A DNA stretch of 62,000 nucleotides from Chiloscyllium plagiosum (Eukaryota), in assembly GCF_004010195.1 (NCBI RefSeq), contig NC_057751.1, positions 2,515,286 through 2,577,285 of the forward strand. The letters are read 5' to 3'. Within the stretch, counting starts at the first letter, position 1, and each line of letters opens with the position of its first letter. Below the pieces are notes generated by a model, which worked only from the letters and a program-made list of their open reading frames with translations, was not told the DNA's origin and did no database searches. Shown one piece after another: positions 49,230-61,555 of the stretch. A program made the translations under genes and the position numbers.

Positions 49230-51059
49230 TAATTACATTCACAACTCCTCCCTGCTCAGTTAACTATTTAAATGGTTTTGGCTGGAAGCATAATCATGTG
49301 AGCCTGTTGTCAATGACACCAGTTTGAATATTGGAAGGTGGCAGTGGAAGATGGTTGGGGTGTTTTTTACATTGAATCATTTAGAATCATTGTTTCACAG
49401 TTAAGAAGATCATTCAGCCCTTCACAGTTGAGCTAGCTCTTTGCAAGTGCATTGACATTCACCTCATTCCAATTCTTATCCCATATGTTCTGCAGATGGA
49501 TGGGTTAATCTAAGTCCTCCCAACAATACTGTTCCAAAAGAAAGTTCACCAATAATCTCTTCCTTGGTGTATGAAGTGGATCTTCAGATTACACCATCTA
49601 ATTGCTCACCAACCAGTTGATTGAATTGTTCATTGATGATCTCATGGAAATTCGATCAAACATTCATTTGCTTGTTTACATTGCTTCTTCAAATGACAGA
49701 ATCCATCTCCTCTCTGCTACTTCTTGGAAATATTTCAAATGGGAGTTTAATTGCTGTTATTTTGAGTCTGATTGGAAACGGAGCTGTCATTTCAGAATGA
49801 GCATCTGGTGTTTTAGGATATAGATTTACAATTAAGTGCAGGAAGATGCAGAGTGCCATTTTTAGACTGAGGTCTTTGGTGCCTGCTGTGGTAATGATAC
49901 ATTTTGCATTCACTGTAGCTATTTGTCTTTGTCATACTGTGCAAACTCTTTGGTGTGGTCGCTCTTGCAATGACCACCCTTTGTTCTCATGTACAAAATG
50001 ATTTCAGTGCCTCAGTAAGCTGAGGTAATTGTGTTCTCGAGGTTTCAGCAAATGCTGTAGCTTTTTGCAGAATTCAACCTTAATCTGCACGCAATTTACA
50101 TCCTCCTTTGGCTTTTTTTGGGTTATCACTTCAAATGCTTTCAAACTGATTTTTTCTGTTATTTATGTTGAAGTCAAGCACCTGACAAAATGCATTATCC
50201 TTCCCTGTTGATTTAAGTGAATGAAGCTTCAGTTTCCACCAGAAGATGAAAGTAAAAGACTATTGGAACAGGAGTAAGCCCTTCGGTCCTCTGTGCCATC
50301 TTTGTCTTTCTGTTCGATCGTGACGGATGCACTTCAAAAGGACTTTGTTTGTGCTTTATTTCTCCATATTGGTTGGTACCCTTACTGAATAAAAATTGGG
50401 ATCAACCTTGAAAATTTCAATTTATCTCCAGAATTCACAGCTTTCAGGTGAGGGAGTTCTTGAAACCATGAGTGCAAGGTGTGTGGAAATTAGTTGCTGT
50501 TTTCCTTCATTACAACGTTGACAGGACTTCAATGAGGACTTCATTGGTTCTGAAGCACTTTGTGACATCCTGAGGCTGAAATAAGATCTGTAGAAGTTCT
50601 GATCTTTTTTCTTTATTTATGTTAATTGTTTTATAATTAACTGAGAGGAGCTGGACAACAGTTCAACCCCTAGTACAGTTTCTATCAAACTGTTGATTCT
50701 TTTCAGCTGAATTTGCTCAAACTTGCACAAATAATGGAGGAATTTTGAGTGCAAATTACAATTGGTGCAAATCAATGTCTCTGTGATATTTTGCACAAGC
50801 TAAAAGAATAATCACATTTGAGGTTGTCACCTCTTGAACATTGGCCTACTCTGCTTCTATATCAACTGATTTGCTGTTGAAACCAAAGGTCTCGACTGGT
50901 TCAACTTGCTCCTGGCTGTCAGCCATATTATACCTTCCACAAAGTTGAGGTCATCCAAAGCTCTGCTGCGAACATCTGAACTGGTGCCACATACTATTCA
51001 GTTATCAACCGTATGCTCACTGATCGACATTATCTCTGGTCAAGCAATACTTCTGTTAT

Positions 51060-53270
51060 TTCAGTCACATGATGTAAGTGGACTGGCTAGACCAGCATTT
51101 AGTGCCCTTGAGAAGGCGGTCATGAGCTGTCTTGTTGAACTGCTGTCGTCCATCTGGTGTAGTGAAACCCACCATACTGTTGGAAAAGGAGTTCCAAGAT
51201 TTTTACTCAGCAACAGTGAAGGAATTACGAGATTTTCCAAAGTCAGTGAAAAATACTCCACAGACACCAGTATTCCGTCATCAAGTCACCCTTTATTCAT
51301 GCATGGAAAATCCTTGACACTAATTGAGAGCCAGCTCTCAGAGTGAACAGACTCTCTGACACTCCTGTTTTTATCTGTCAGCCAGAACATAATGTTTGGA
51401 CCAGATTAACAGCCCCAAACAGGGGACTCAGATTCTCTGAGGTTCATCGGGCTAACCTCATTACAATCATGATATTCAGGATGTTTTGTTATCTAGAAAT
51501 GTACAGGTGTTGGTATTCCCATGCATCTACTGCACTGTCCTTCTAGGCAGATCTTTGGTGAGTTCCTGTAGTGCATCTTATCGATGGTAAATCCTTCTGC
51601 TGGTGTGCATCACAGATGGAGAGAGTGAATATTGAAGATGCTCAATGAGGTGGCAATCAAGCAGGCTGCTTTTTCCTGTGTGGTGTTGAGTTTCTTGATT
51701 GTTGCTGCATTCATACAACCAAGTGGGGAGTATTCCACGATAGCCCTTGTGGATTATGGACAGACTTTGGAGAGTCAAGAGGTGAGTTACTTTCTGCAGA
51801 ATCTCTAGCCTCTAACCTGCTTTCACAGCTACAGTATTTGTCCGGCTGGTCCAGTTCAATTTCTGGTCAAGAGTAAAGCCTTCAGGATTTTGACAGTAGG
51901 GATTCAGCAATCGTAATTCCATTGAATATCAAGGCTTGATTTTAGATTCTCTTTTGTTGGAAATGATCATTACCTGGCACTTGTGTGGCATGATTATTAT
52001 TTTACTGTTCTCAACAAAACCTGAATGTTGTCCAGGTCTTGCTTCATTTGGACATGGACCCATTCAGTATGTCAGGAATTGTGAATTGTTCTGAACATCT
52101 TGGAAGTGCATATCCCCACTTCTGACCTAATCATGGAAGGAAGGTGCGGCTGAAGATAGTTGGGCCAATGATACTACCCTGAGAACTCCTGCAGAGATAT
52201 CTTGGGACTTTAGATGATTGGCCTCTGCCAACCACAAACGTTCATTTATACTAGGTCGGACTCTAAGTCATGGAGGATTTCCCCCATAACTGTCATTGAC
52301 TCTCATCTTGCAAGGGCTGTTTCATGTCACACTCAATCAAATGTCAAAGACAGTCACTCTTACCTTCCCTCTTGTGTTCAACTCTTTTATTCATGTTTAG
52401 ATCAAGGTTACTAGGAGGTCAGGTGTTGAGTTGACTTGTCAGAAGTAAAAGAGTGTCAGTCAGCAGACTATTTCTGAGCATGTATTTACTGCTTGATAGC
52501 AATGTCGATGACCCGTGCCATCATGTTGCTGATGAGTGAGAGCAGATTGATGGCCATTAACTGGCTGCGTTAGATTTGTTTGTGTTCTTGGGGACAGGAA
52601 ATACCGAGCCAATTTTCCATCATAATGGAGAGATGTCAGCGTTGGAGCTGGACTGGAATAGCTTGGCTAATGGCTCAGCGAATTCTGGAGCACAAGTTCT
52701 CAGTGCTTATGCTTGAATGTGTCACGGTCAAAGGTTTTTACAGTGTCCAGGTGCCTTCAATTGTTTCATGATACTGCATGAAGTGAATTGAAATGGCTGA
52801 AGACTGGTATCAGTGGTGCTGAGGAGCTCAGGAGGAGGCCGAGATGGATGATAATCCATTCTGCACTTCTGGCTGTCAGTTCTTGCTTCAACCTTTTCTT
52901 TTGTACTGATAAACTGGCTTGCTGTCATCGTTGCAAATGGGAATATTTAAAGAGCCTCTTCTTTCTGCTGCTTCACAAACAAGTAGCCCCATCTTCACCT
53001 CCTTCCATCAAGTTGACACTCAACTTTAAGGGATGCATAGTGCTGCTCTTGACATGTCCTTCTACACTCTTCCGTGAACCAGGGTTGTTATCTGTTTGAT
53101 GGTAGGGGTTCTGCAATAGGATGTGCAATATGTACAAAATAGGGGTTGTGTAAACCATGACCTCACAGACTTTGGTTGAGTACACCATAGTAGTGTTACC
53201 ACATAATGCAGCGAAGGGTACCCTCAATGGGATGATGGGACTTTGTCTCCACAAGAACCTTGTAAAGACC
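51060..53270 (-). mobile_element. CR1/L2-group LINE (second family), ~2 kb of decayed ORF2 and 3' end
   Basis: 51060-52370 is co-linear with 3515-4650; sequence of the same character continues upstream. Confidence 0.8.
51247..51475 (-). mobile_element. Short solo LTR, family C (~230 bp), 4-bp TSD, nested in a LINE
   Basis: TSD TCAG at 51243-51246 and 51476-51479; minus-strand AATAAAGGGTGACTT; second copy at 58961-59188. Confidence 0.75.
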
Positions 53271-54157
53271 AAGCGAGCTTTAAATCCATGAATTTCTGGA
53301 GCTCATTGTGAATTGTATCTATACTTCCACCTTTCTTAACTAGTGAGGGAGAATACCAGAAACATCAGCACAGTTTTGGGGGAAGTTTTGCCCAGAGACA
53401 GCCATATGATTTGTTTGTCAATAGGTCAGGGTGCTGATCTATTGTGTGGGTTCAGGAGAACTTAACATCACAATGATTTTGTGACTGGTCTTTGGGCATG
53501 TGACAACAGCCTTGTATTTGCACAATGCATGAGAATTTTCTGACCTGCAAAGAAAAAGTCATGAAATCTCTCTCTTCTTCCTATGTGAAAAAGTAACAGA
53601 AAAACTCCTGGTAGTGTTCTCACCCAGCATTTTCCTCTGAACGCTCTTAATAAAACAGCCTAAGTTACTGCTTTTCCAACAGAAAGGAATATATTTAAAA
53701 ACAAAAATAAAACCCAAATGCTTATTGGGCCCTGTTCTGTGACAATTTTGGAAAGCAAGTATAATTTTCATTCAGATTGTTGTCAGTAAGTTAAAGCACT
53801 GTTTTCTTTTGACAGAATCTTTCACAGCGTCAGGATCAGAGTTTTTCTGACAGCATTCAACTTACTGTTCCTGATTGACGTAAGGTAATGGAAAAATTAA
53901 CAAATTTGCACTTAGCTGCATAAATGCATACTACTTGAAACCACTGTAATTTTGACCTTCATTCAGAACATTTAATTGATAAGTTCTGTTGAATACATTT
54001 TTAGTAAGTGCTAACAGCAGTCAGTATGTATATTGCTAAAGGCTCTATTTGTTTTAACCAGGAAATCTGCTGACCAGGGAACACAGTGTAAAGCAAAGCT
54101 TCTCGAGCTATGCTGCATCTATGGAATGCATGCTCATTTGAAAATAAATACTTGTTA

Positions 54158-54370
54158 CAGTTAGTTCCGTAATGCAATGGTTGCGTTTGTGCAACCCCCC
54201 ATTTCAGAAAAATCATGCGTTAGAAACAACGCTTAAAGTGTTGGTCATGTAATCGCATTACAGCAGACACACGTTTTAAAAATGTGAGTTTAGAAACAGT
54301 GTCCCCAATTCATCAATCACGTAACAGCAAATTTGAGTTAATGAAATGCATGCTATAGCATAACAACCTG
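54158..54370. mobile_element. Tc1/mariner (Tigger/pogo-like) MITE
   Basis: TA|CAGTTAGTTCCG... and ...GCATAACAACCTG|TC: imperfect CAG-starting terminal inverted repeats with a left TA. Confidence 0.55.
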
Positions 54371-55124
54371 TCGACTCAAAGCTTAGGTTGTATTTCACTG
54401 TGGGTAAATGTGTCATGGAAGTTTATCACGTTGTGAGATCGGTAAAGTCGCAGCAAATGTATCGGCTGTTTGCCATGGTTTTTCTTTGACGTGGTTTTTT
54501 GCTACATCATGTGAGTGTACTTCATGTTCCAGCACATTCCAACATTTTTCAGTTTGCAAAGTATTTTGTGCTGTTCCTTGCTTTAACTATGAGGCCATAA
54601 ACACACAGGGCAAGGGGCCATCTGAGGACCTCAATGAACAATGGAATCAATTGTTGCAGCTCCTTGTAATATTTAAGGATCGAGCAACAAAAAAATGACA
54701 GCGAAGGAGATTGTGAATTCAAGTGAGATCAATTGAAAAAAGCAAGGGAAAGAAAGATTTGGCCATTGGAGACAGCAAAAGACAAAAGGAGAGGAAAGGA
54801 TTTAAATTTAAAATCTCTTGGAACAGTTTGCAACTTGAAGGAACAATTTTAATTTGTTTTCAGAATTGAATTGGTTCAGAGAAATGATGAGAAATAGAAT
54901 AATAATGTCACACCTTTAATTACTCAACTTGACTTGGTGTTTCCAGTGTAAGAGAGGTTCAATGTGAAAATCTAAGGTGTTGTTCAAAATCACTTGGAGG
55001 TTGAGGACAAGGTACTCTTGTGTGAGCTGGTAGAATGGTATAAGAAAACCAGGAAGGTCAGAAGATTTGCAACATGGGGGCCATTTATTAATGTCCTGAA
55101 ATCTCAATCAATTTGCACATAAAT

Positions 55125-56175
55125 CATAGTGTCATAGAGATGTACAGCATGGAAAGAGACACTTCAGTCCAACTCGTCCATGCTGACCAGATATCCTAGC
55201 CTCATTCAGTCCTATTTGCCAGCACCCAGCCCATATCCCTCTAAACCCCTCCTATTCACATACCCATCCAGGTGCCTTTGTTGTAATTGCACCAGCCTCC
55301 ACCACTTCCTCTGGCAGCTCCTTCCATTCCCTCTGTGTGAAAAAGCTGCCCCTTATGTCCCTTTTAAATCTTTCCCTTCTCACCTTAAACCTATGACCTC
55401 TACTTCTGGAATCCACACTTGTCTTTAACACGTCATTTTTAAAGCAAGGTTTGGCCCTTTGAATGCATCTGCAGCTCAGAAACAGGCCACCCATACAATT
55501 TCATCTCAGCACAATGTTATACATTATCCAAATAGGATCATTGCATGTTACAGCATTATGGGTGGCCATTCGATCCATTGTGTCTGTTCTGGCTCCCAAA
55601 AGCGCTTCCCAGCCAATGCCATTCTCCAGCCCTATCTCTGTGTCCCTTGAAATTCATCTCTTTTAAATATGTATCCAGCTCTCTTTGAAAACCTCTGATG
55701 GAGCCTACCTCCACCAGTCTCCAAAGCAGTGCATTCCAAACCCCAACAACTCTCTGAGTAAAGACGTTTCTCCTCAGCTCACTCTTCACTCTTTTGCTGA
55801 CAGTCTTGAAATTGTGACCCCCAACTTGTTGGAAACAGAATATCCTTATTAACCCAGTCAAAATTGTTCCTAATTTTGAATACCTCAATCAGGGCATTCC
55901 CTAAAAGTCTTTCTTCCAAGGAGAAGTCCAATTTCTCTGCTTGTCTCAAAATTAATACTTGAATTATTAATTGGGAGAAAAAACACTTAATAAAGCATAA
56001 ATACAAAGATGTAAATTAAGAGCAGTTGTAGGACTTTTGGCCTTTTGAGCTTGCTCGCTATTCGATAAAATCATGGCAGACTCGTTTTGTGCTTCAAATT
56101 CCGTATTCCCATCAATCCCTATTATTAATTCCTATACCTACCAAAAATCAACCTGTCTCAGCCTTAATTTTCAAT
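55125..56175 (-). mobile_element. Three successive CR1 3'-end fragments (55125-55420, 55540-55960, 56010-56175)
   Basis: SRGHRFKVRRERFKRDIRGSFFTQ and RRNVFTQRVVGVWNAL. Confidence 0.85.
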
Positions 56176-56239
56176 GTGAATTAAGTTCTAGTTGGGTTAG
56201 TTTTTATCGTCAGTCAGGCTCCTAGGACAGAAACAGTGG

Positions 56240-56500
56240 GAACACCACCGCCTGCAAGGTCCTCTCCAAGCTGCTTACCATCCTGACTTGTCAATATAAT
56301 GCTGTTCCTTCCCCGTCAGTGGGTCAAAATCCTGGATACCACTTCCCTCCCAGCTCGCAACGGCACTGTGGATCAACTGACAGCATGTGGACTTCAGCAG
56401 GTTAAGAAGGTAGCTCACCATCATCTCCTCAAGGGCAATAAGAGCTAGGCAATAAATGCTGGCCAGCCAGCGACGCCCACATCCCATGAGTGAATAGAAA
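56240..56500 (+). mobile_element. 3' end of the second LINE family (another piece at ~57500-57620)
   Basis: GGGTCAAAATCCTGG...GGTAGCTCACCATCATCTCCTCAAGGGCAAT...CCCATGAGTGAAT followed by an A run. Confidence 0.8.
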
Positions 56501-56526
56501 AAAAAACTTGCAAATTTGCTTCATCT

Positions 56527-57417
56527 ACCAAGTGCGGAGGAATGGGATTGTGGGAGATGTAGCAGTTTGGATCAGTAATTGGCTTGCTGAAAGAAGACAG
56601 AGGGTGGTTGATGGGAAATGTTCATCCTGGAGTCCAGTTACTAGTGGTGTACCGCAAGGGTCAGTGTTGGGTGCACTGCTGTTCGTCATTTTTATAAACG
56701 ACCTGGATGAGGGCGTAGAAGGATGGGTTAGTAAATTTACAGACGACACTAAGGTCAGTGGGAGTTGTGGATAGTGACAAAGGATGTTGTAGGTTACAGA
56801 GAGACATAGAGCTGGGCTGAGAGGTGGCAAAAGGAGTTTAATGTGGACATGTGTGAGGTGATTCACTTTGGTTAGAGTAACCGGAATGCAAAGTACTGGG
56901 CTAATAGTAATATTCTTGATAGTGTAGATGAGCAGAGGGATCTCGGTGTCCATGTACACAGATCCTTGAAAGTTGTATGGAGGGAAGGTCTTACGAGGAA
57001 AGGCTGAGGGACTTGAGGCTGTTTTCGTTGGAGAGAAGAAGGTTGAGATGTGACTTAATAGAGACATATAAGATAATCAGAAGGTTAGGTAGGGTGGACA
57101 GTGAGAGCCTTTTTCCAAGTATGGTGACGGCAAGCAGGAGGGGGCATAGCTTTAAATTGAGGGGTGATAGATACAGGACAGATGTCAGAGGTAGTTTCTT
57201 TACTCAAAGAGTAGTAAGAGTATGGAATGCTTTGCCGACAACAGTCGTAAATTTGCCAACTTTAAGTGCATATAAGTCGTCATTGGACAAACATATGGAC
57301 GTACATGGAATAGTGTAGGTTAGATGGGCTTCAGATTGGTACGACAGGTCGATGCAACATCGAGGGCCGAAGGACCTGTACTGCGCTGTAATGTTCTATC
57401 TTTCATGTTCTATGTTC
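56527..57417 (+). mobile_element. Relatively young CR1 RT and 3' end with an internal deletion near 56975
   Basis: [22 protein letters not shown]...[31 protein letters not shown] repeats at the end. Confidence 0.95.
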
Positions 57418-58960
57418 CACTTAGGAGGCCAGCAGATATATAGGAATATTAACCCCTGCATTTTCCTCCAAGCCACTTATCATCCTAACTTGGAACTAAA
57501 TTGGGGTTCCTTTACTGTCATTGGGTCAAAATCTTGTAACTCTTTTCCTGTCAGCACTGTAAGTGTATCTACCCACATGGGCTGCTGTGGTTCAAGTGGT
57601 GGCTCACCACCATTCTCTCTTGTTAATGCAGTAGTTTGGAGTTCAAATAGGCAATGTATGGTAATAAAATTCATCGACCAGAATTTCAGACAGAGTGTAA
57701 GGTGAGGTGTCAGATTGATATTGTTGTCTAAAGCAAGTTTCACTTCAGCATCTTGTTTTTGCCAATGTCACTGTCACTCAGAAAATTATGAATTGTTTTA
57801 TTTTATAAAGACTGAAATTCATTGTTGAATCAAATTCTTCAAATCAAAGCAAATTACAGTGTGGACTCTAGCAGGTGGAGATGCCTGTGATGTGACCTTT
57901 CCAACTCTTTGCTCTCCATGGAGCAGCATGCTCTGTGAGATGCCCAAGCTGAAAGGCAGAGGTAACTGTACTTCTGTCGTTGCATCCTGATTGCAGATGA
58001 AATTTGTGATGGATTACTCGTATGTTCCGAAATGTTCAGAATCCTTCATTGTGCCTTGGTGCCTGGCTGTCAAATGAGTTAGTAACAGGACAAAGTGTTC
58101 AATAAAGGTTCTTTCTGCACAATTTGAAAAGTTGTGCTGCCATTTTAGATAAGCTGTTCCAGGCTGTAACTCTGATTTTTTAGAAATTTTCCGTCATACA
58201 ATAATCCCTTGGTACAGAAAGGGATGGCTGGCAATCCAATTAAGCAAACTAATTTCCAATGCGACCATTTGTAAATGCTGCAGGCTGTCTTATCACAGTT
58301 ATGCATATTTTCTGTGCCATGCAGAGACAGAGTTATAATTAAGACTTGGAAAAACTGAATGTCAGCAGTCCCTATCAGAGATGTTCAGTCACTGAAGTAA
58401 CATAATGGGTTGGAATTTCTACTGTCTTAAGATTGCAAAAGTGTGTTTTTTACCCCTTAAATTTCTCCACATAACATTTACATAATATGATAAACATTCC
58501 GTCATGTGAGCATCTGTGTTTTTTTGTAAAATACAGTGGTAGGACGAGCATTATAATTGCTGAGTCAAGCAGCATCCCAGAGAACAAAGACATGGACAAA
58601 GCTGAAAGATTGTCAAAGGAGCCCTCTCACTAACAAACTTGATTGCACAACATGACTTTGAACAAGTTAAGTAGAAACCTTTTATTAAAGCGAGTGAAAA
58701 GGTTTGTTCAGCAGGCTTTCAAAATTAAGTCCGTGATGGATAATTCTCAAGACCCAAATCATAGGCTTAGACTTTTTTTAGGGATAGAACACCTTTTCTT
58801 TCTTCCAATAACTCCATCAGAACCTCAGGATATTCCAAAGCACTTCACACTCAATGACATATGTTTGAATTGTAGTCGCTAATATAACATTGGGATCACA
58901 GTCGTCAATTTCACAGAGCAATATCCCACAAACTGTGATGTGATAATGAGTACATCAGTT

Positions 58961-59188
58961 TGAAATAATGCCATAGAAGCTGGTATCCTGTTGCTAAGTC
59001 ACCCTTTATTTACATGTGTGTCGCACAAGACACTGACCCAGCTATCACAGAGACAAATCCTAGAGTGAGCAGAGCCGCCTGTTCATATCTATCAGCCAGG
59101 GCTCCCTGATTGCACCAGGTTAACAGCCTGAAACAGGGAACTCAGATTCTATGAGGTCTACCTGGCTGACCTCATTCCAATCACGACG
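58961..59188 (-). mobile_element. Short solo LTR, family C, nested in a Deu-SINE
   Basis: Aligns over its length with 51247-51475. Confidence 0.7.
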
Positions 59189-59247
59189 CATTTGTCTTGC
59201 TTCATTATCGTTGTTTGAGGGAGACATATTATTTCAAGAGATTGATG

Positions 59248-60349
59248 TGAAGGTGCCGGTGTCAGACTGGGGTAGATGAAGTCAAAAATCACACAATACC
59301 CGGTTGTAGTCCCACAGGTTTATTTGAAACCGCAAGCTATCGGAGCACCCTCTCCTTCCTCAGGCAGCTAGTGAGAGAAAATACATCCGACGCTGAATTT
59401 ATAAATAAAAGATCAAAGGGTCTGACAACTTTTCCAAATGTATAGAACAAACTTAGCTGGCTATTAAATCTTTACTCAGTGAGAATGGAGATGCAGGTTT
59501 CAATTGATTAACACGTAAATCTCACAAATTCTTTCAAATCACTAGCCCATGATAACTTCAGGTTTTATCAGAATAAAGATGACGCCTCAAGTCAGACCTT
59601 GTATTTTGGGTGTGAGACCATATTTCAAGTCTCTTTGTACCTGTCAGACTGCTTTTATTTCCAAAATTGGAATTTATAAACTGCCACATTGACTGTCGAC
59701 AGATCGTGTGCTTTTTGAACAAAGTAGAATGTATCTGCGAATACAGATCCGCAAATGCAAATTCATCCCATAGATTTATTTGTGTGTGAGAGAGAGAGAG
59801 CGTGAATGTACAGTGTGGTGGGGTGACCTGTAATGTGACATGAAACCAAGATCGCAGTTGAGGCTATTCCCATGGGTATCAAACATGGCTGCCAGCCTCT
59901 CTTCAGCAACTCTACGTTGTTGCGTGTCCTGAAATTCCCTTGGACGACGCTTACCCAAAGATCCGAGGCTGAATATCCATGCCAGAGGTGTCACCTTTGT
60001 TCTGATAAAAACCTGAAGTTATCTTGGGGCAGGAACTTGAAAGACATTGTGGGATTTACATATTAATCAATTGTATTTTAGGTTGAGGCCATGTTTCAAG
60101 TCTGTTTGTATCTGACAGACTGTTTTTATTTCCAAAGCACGTCCATTCTAACTGATTAAAGACTTAATAGCCATCGAGGTTCTTCAATACATTAGCAAAA
60201 GTTGTCAGACCCTTTGATCTTTTATTTATAAATTCAGTGTCCGATGTATTTTCTCTCACTAGCTGCCTGAGGAAGGAGCGGGGACTCCAAAAGCTTGCGG
60301 TTTTAAATATACCTGTTGGACAATAACTGGGTATCGTGTGATTTTTGAC
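59248..60349. mobile_element. Penelope-like element (Neptune-like family) with inverted pLTR arms, 15-bp TSD
   Basis: TSD TTCAAGAGATTGATG at 59233-59247 and 60350-60364; 59278-59588 is inverted at 59986-60352; minus-strand GIY-YIG tail DTQQRRVAEERLAAMFDTHGNSLNCDLGFMSHY. Confidence 0.92.
60261..60302 (+). ncRNA. Hammerhead motif with AGCU stem III and one core mutation (mirror copy at 59328-59369, minus strand)
   Basis: AGCUGC-CUGAGGA-A-GGAG-CGGGGA-CUCC-AAAA-GC-UU-GCGGUU; the mirror copy has GAUA; consensus GAAA; 6-bp stem I. Confidence 0.75.
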
Positions 60350-60769
60350 TTCAAGAGATTGATGAGAACTCCATGCTAATCCAGGTCCAATCAGTTAGTC
60401 AGTGAGGCAAAAACCAAGACACTTTTCTTTGTGAACAGAGTATTTCTGCTCCTCAGTCTTCCACCTCCTTCCCCTTATATCTCCCCAGTTAATTAATTAA
60501 GTAATTAGCCCCAATTATCTGCTTAAATATTTGCTGTTTTAACATTCCACTGCTCTTCTTCACAAGCAGTGTCATAAGATCTTTTCATCACAAGGGAAAG
60601 GGAAGACAGGGCCTCAGTTTAATAGCTTATCGGAAAGGCAGTATCTTTGACAGTACTGCATTCTCATTTCATTGGAGCATCAGCCCAGGTTACAGACTGA
60701 AATCTTGACAGACAGATTGGAACTCTGGGAACTTCTGATTCAGAGGTTGAATGCTATCAAAAGACGTAG

Positions 60770-61555
60770 CAGCAGAAATTAGCCATTCAGCCTATCAAGT
60801 CAGCTCTGCCATTCTATCAGAGCTGATCATTTCCTCAACCCCATTCTCCCATTTTCTCCTTTCAACCTTTGATCCCCTTTACAATCAAGAACCTAACTAT
60901 CTTCATCTTAAATATACTCAATGACTTGGCCTCCACAGCCTTCTGTGGCAGTGAATTCCATAAATTCATCACTCTCTGGCTGAAGACATTGCTCCTCATC
61001 TCTGTACCAAAAGATCTTCCCTTTACTCAAAAGCTGTGCCCTTGGGTCCTCATCTCTCCTCCCAATGGAAACATCTTCCCAACACCTACTCTGTCCAAGC
61101 CATTCAGTACACTATAAGTTTCAATCAGATCCCCCCATATCTTTCTAAATTCCATTGAATATGGACGCAGAGTTCTCAAACAATCCTCATATGTTAAGCT
61201 GCACATTCCTGGGACCATTCTCATGAACCTCCTCTGAACCTGCTCCAGGGCCAGTACATCCTTCCTGAGATATGGAGAACAAAACTGCGCACAATACTCC
61301 AAATGTGGTCTGACCAGAGCCTTATAGAACCTCAGAAGTACATTCCTGCTTTTACATTCAAGTCCTTAAAATAAATGCCATCGTTGCATTTGCCTTCCGA
61401 ACAGCTGACTCAACCTCAAGTTTACCTTGAGAGAATCCTGGACGAGATCTCCCAAGTCTCTGTGCACTTCAGACTTCTGAATTTTCTCCCCATTTAGAAA
61501 ATAGTCCATGCTTCTCTACTTCCTACCAAAGTGCATGACCTGACATTTTCCCAAA
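60770..61555 (-). mobile_element. CR1 RT C-terminus and 3' UTR
   Basis: EYCAQFCSPYLRKDVLALEQVQRRFMRMVPG...GDLIETY...TQGHSF. Confidence 0.93.

Noticed and set aside
49496..49620. Possible terminal exon after TTCTGCAG
   Set aside because: The acceptor sits in a decayed CR1-tail-like sequence and the short peptide is unrecognisable.
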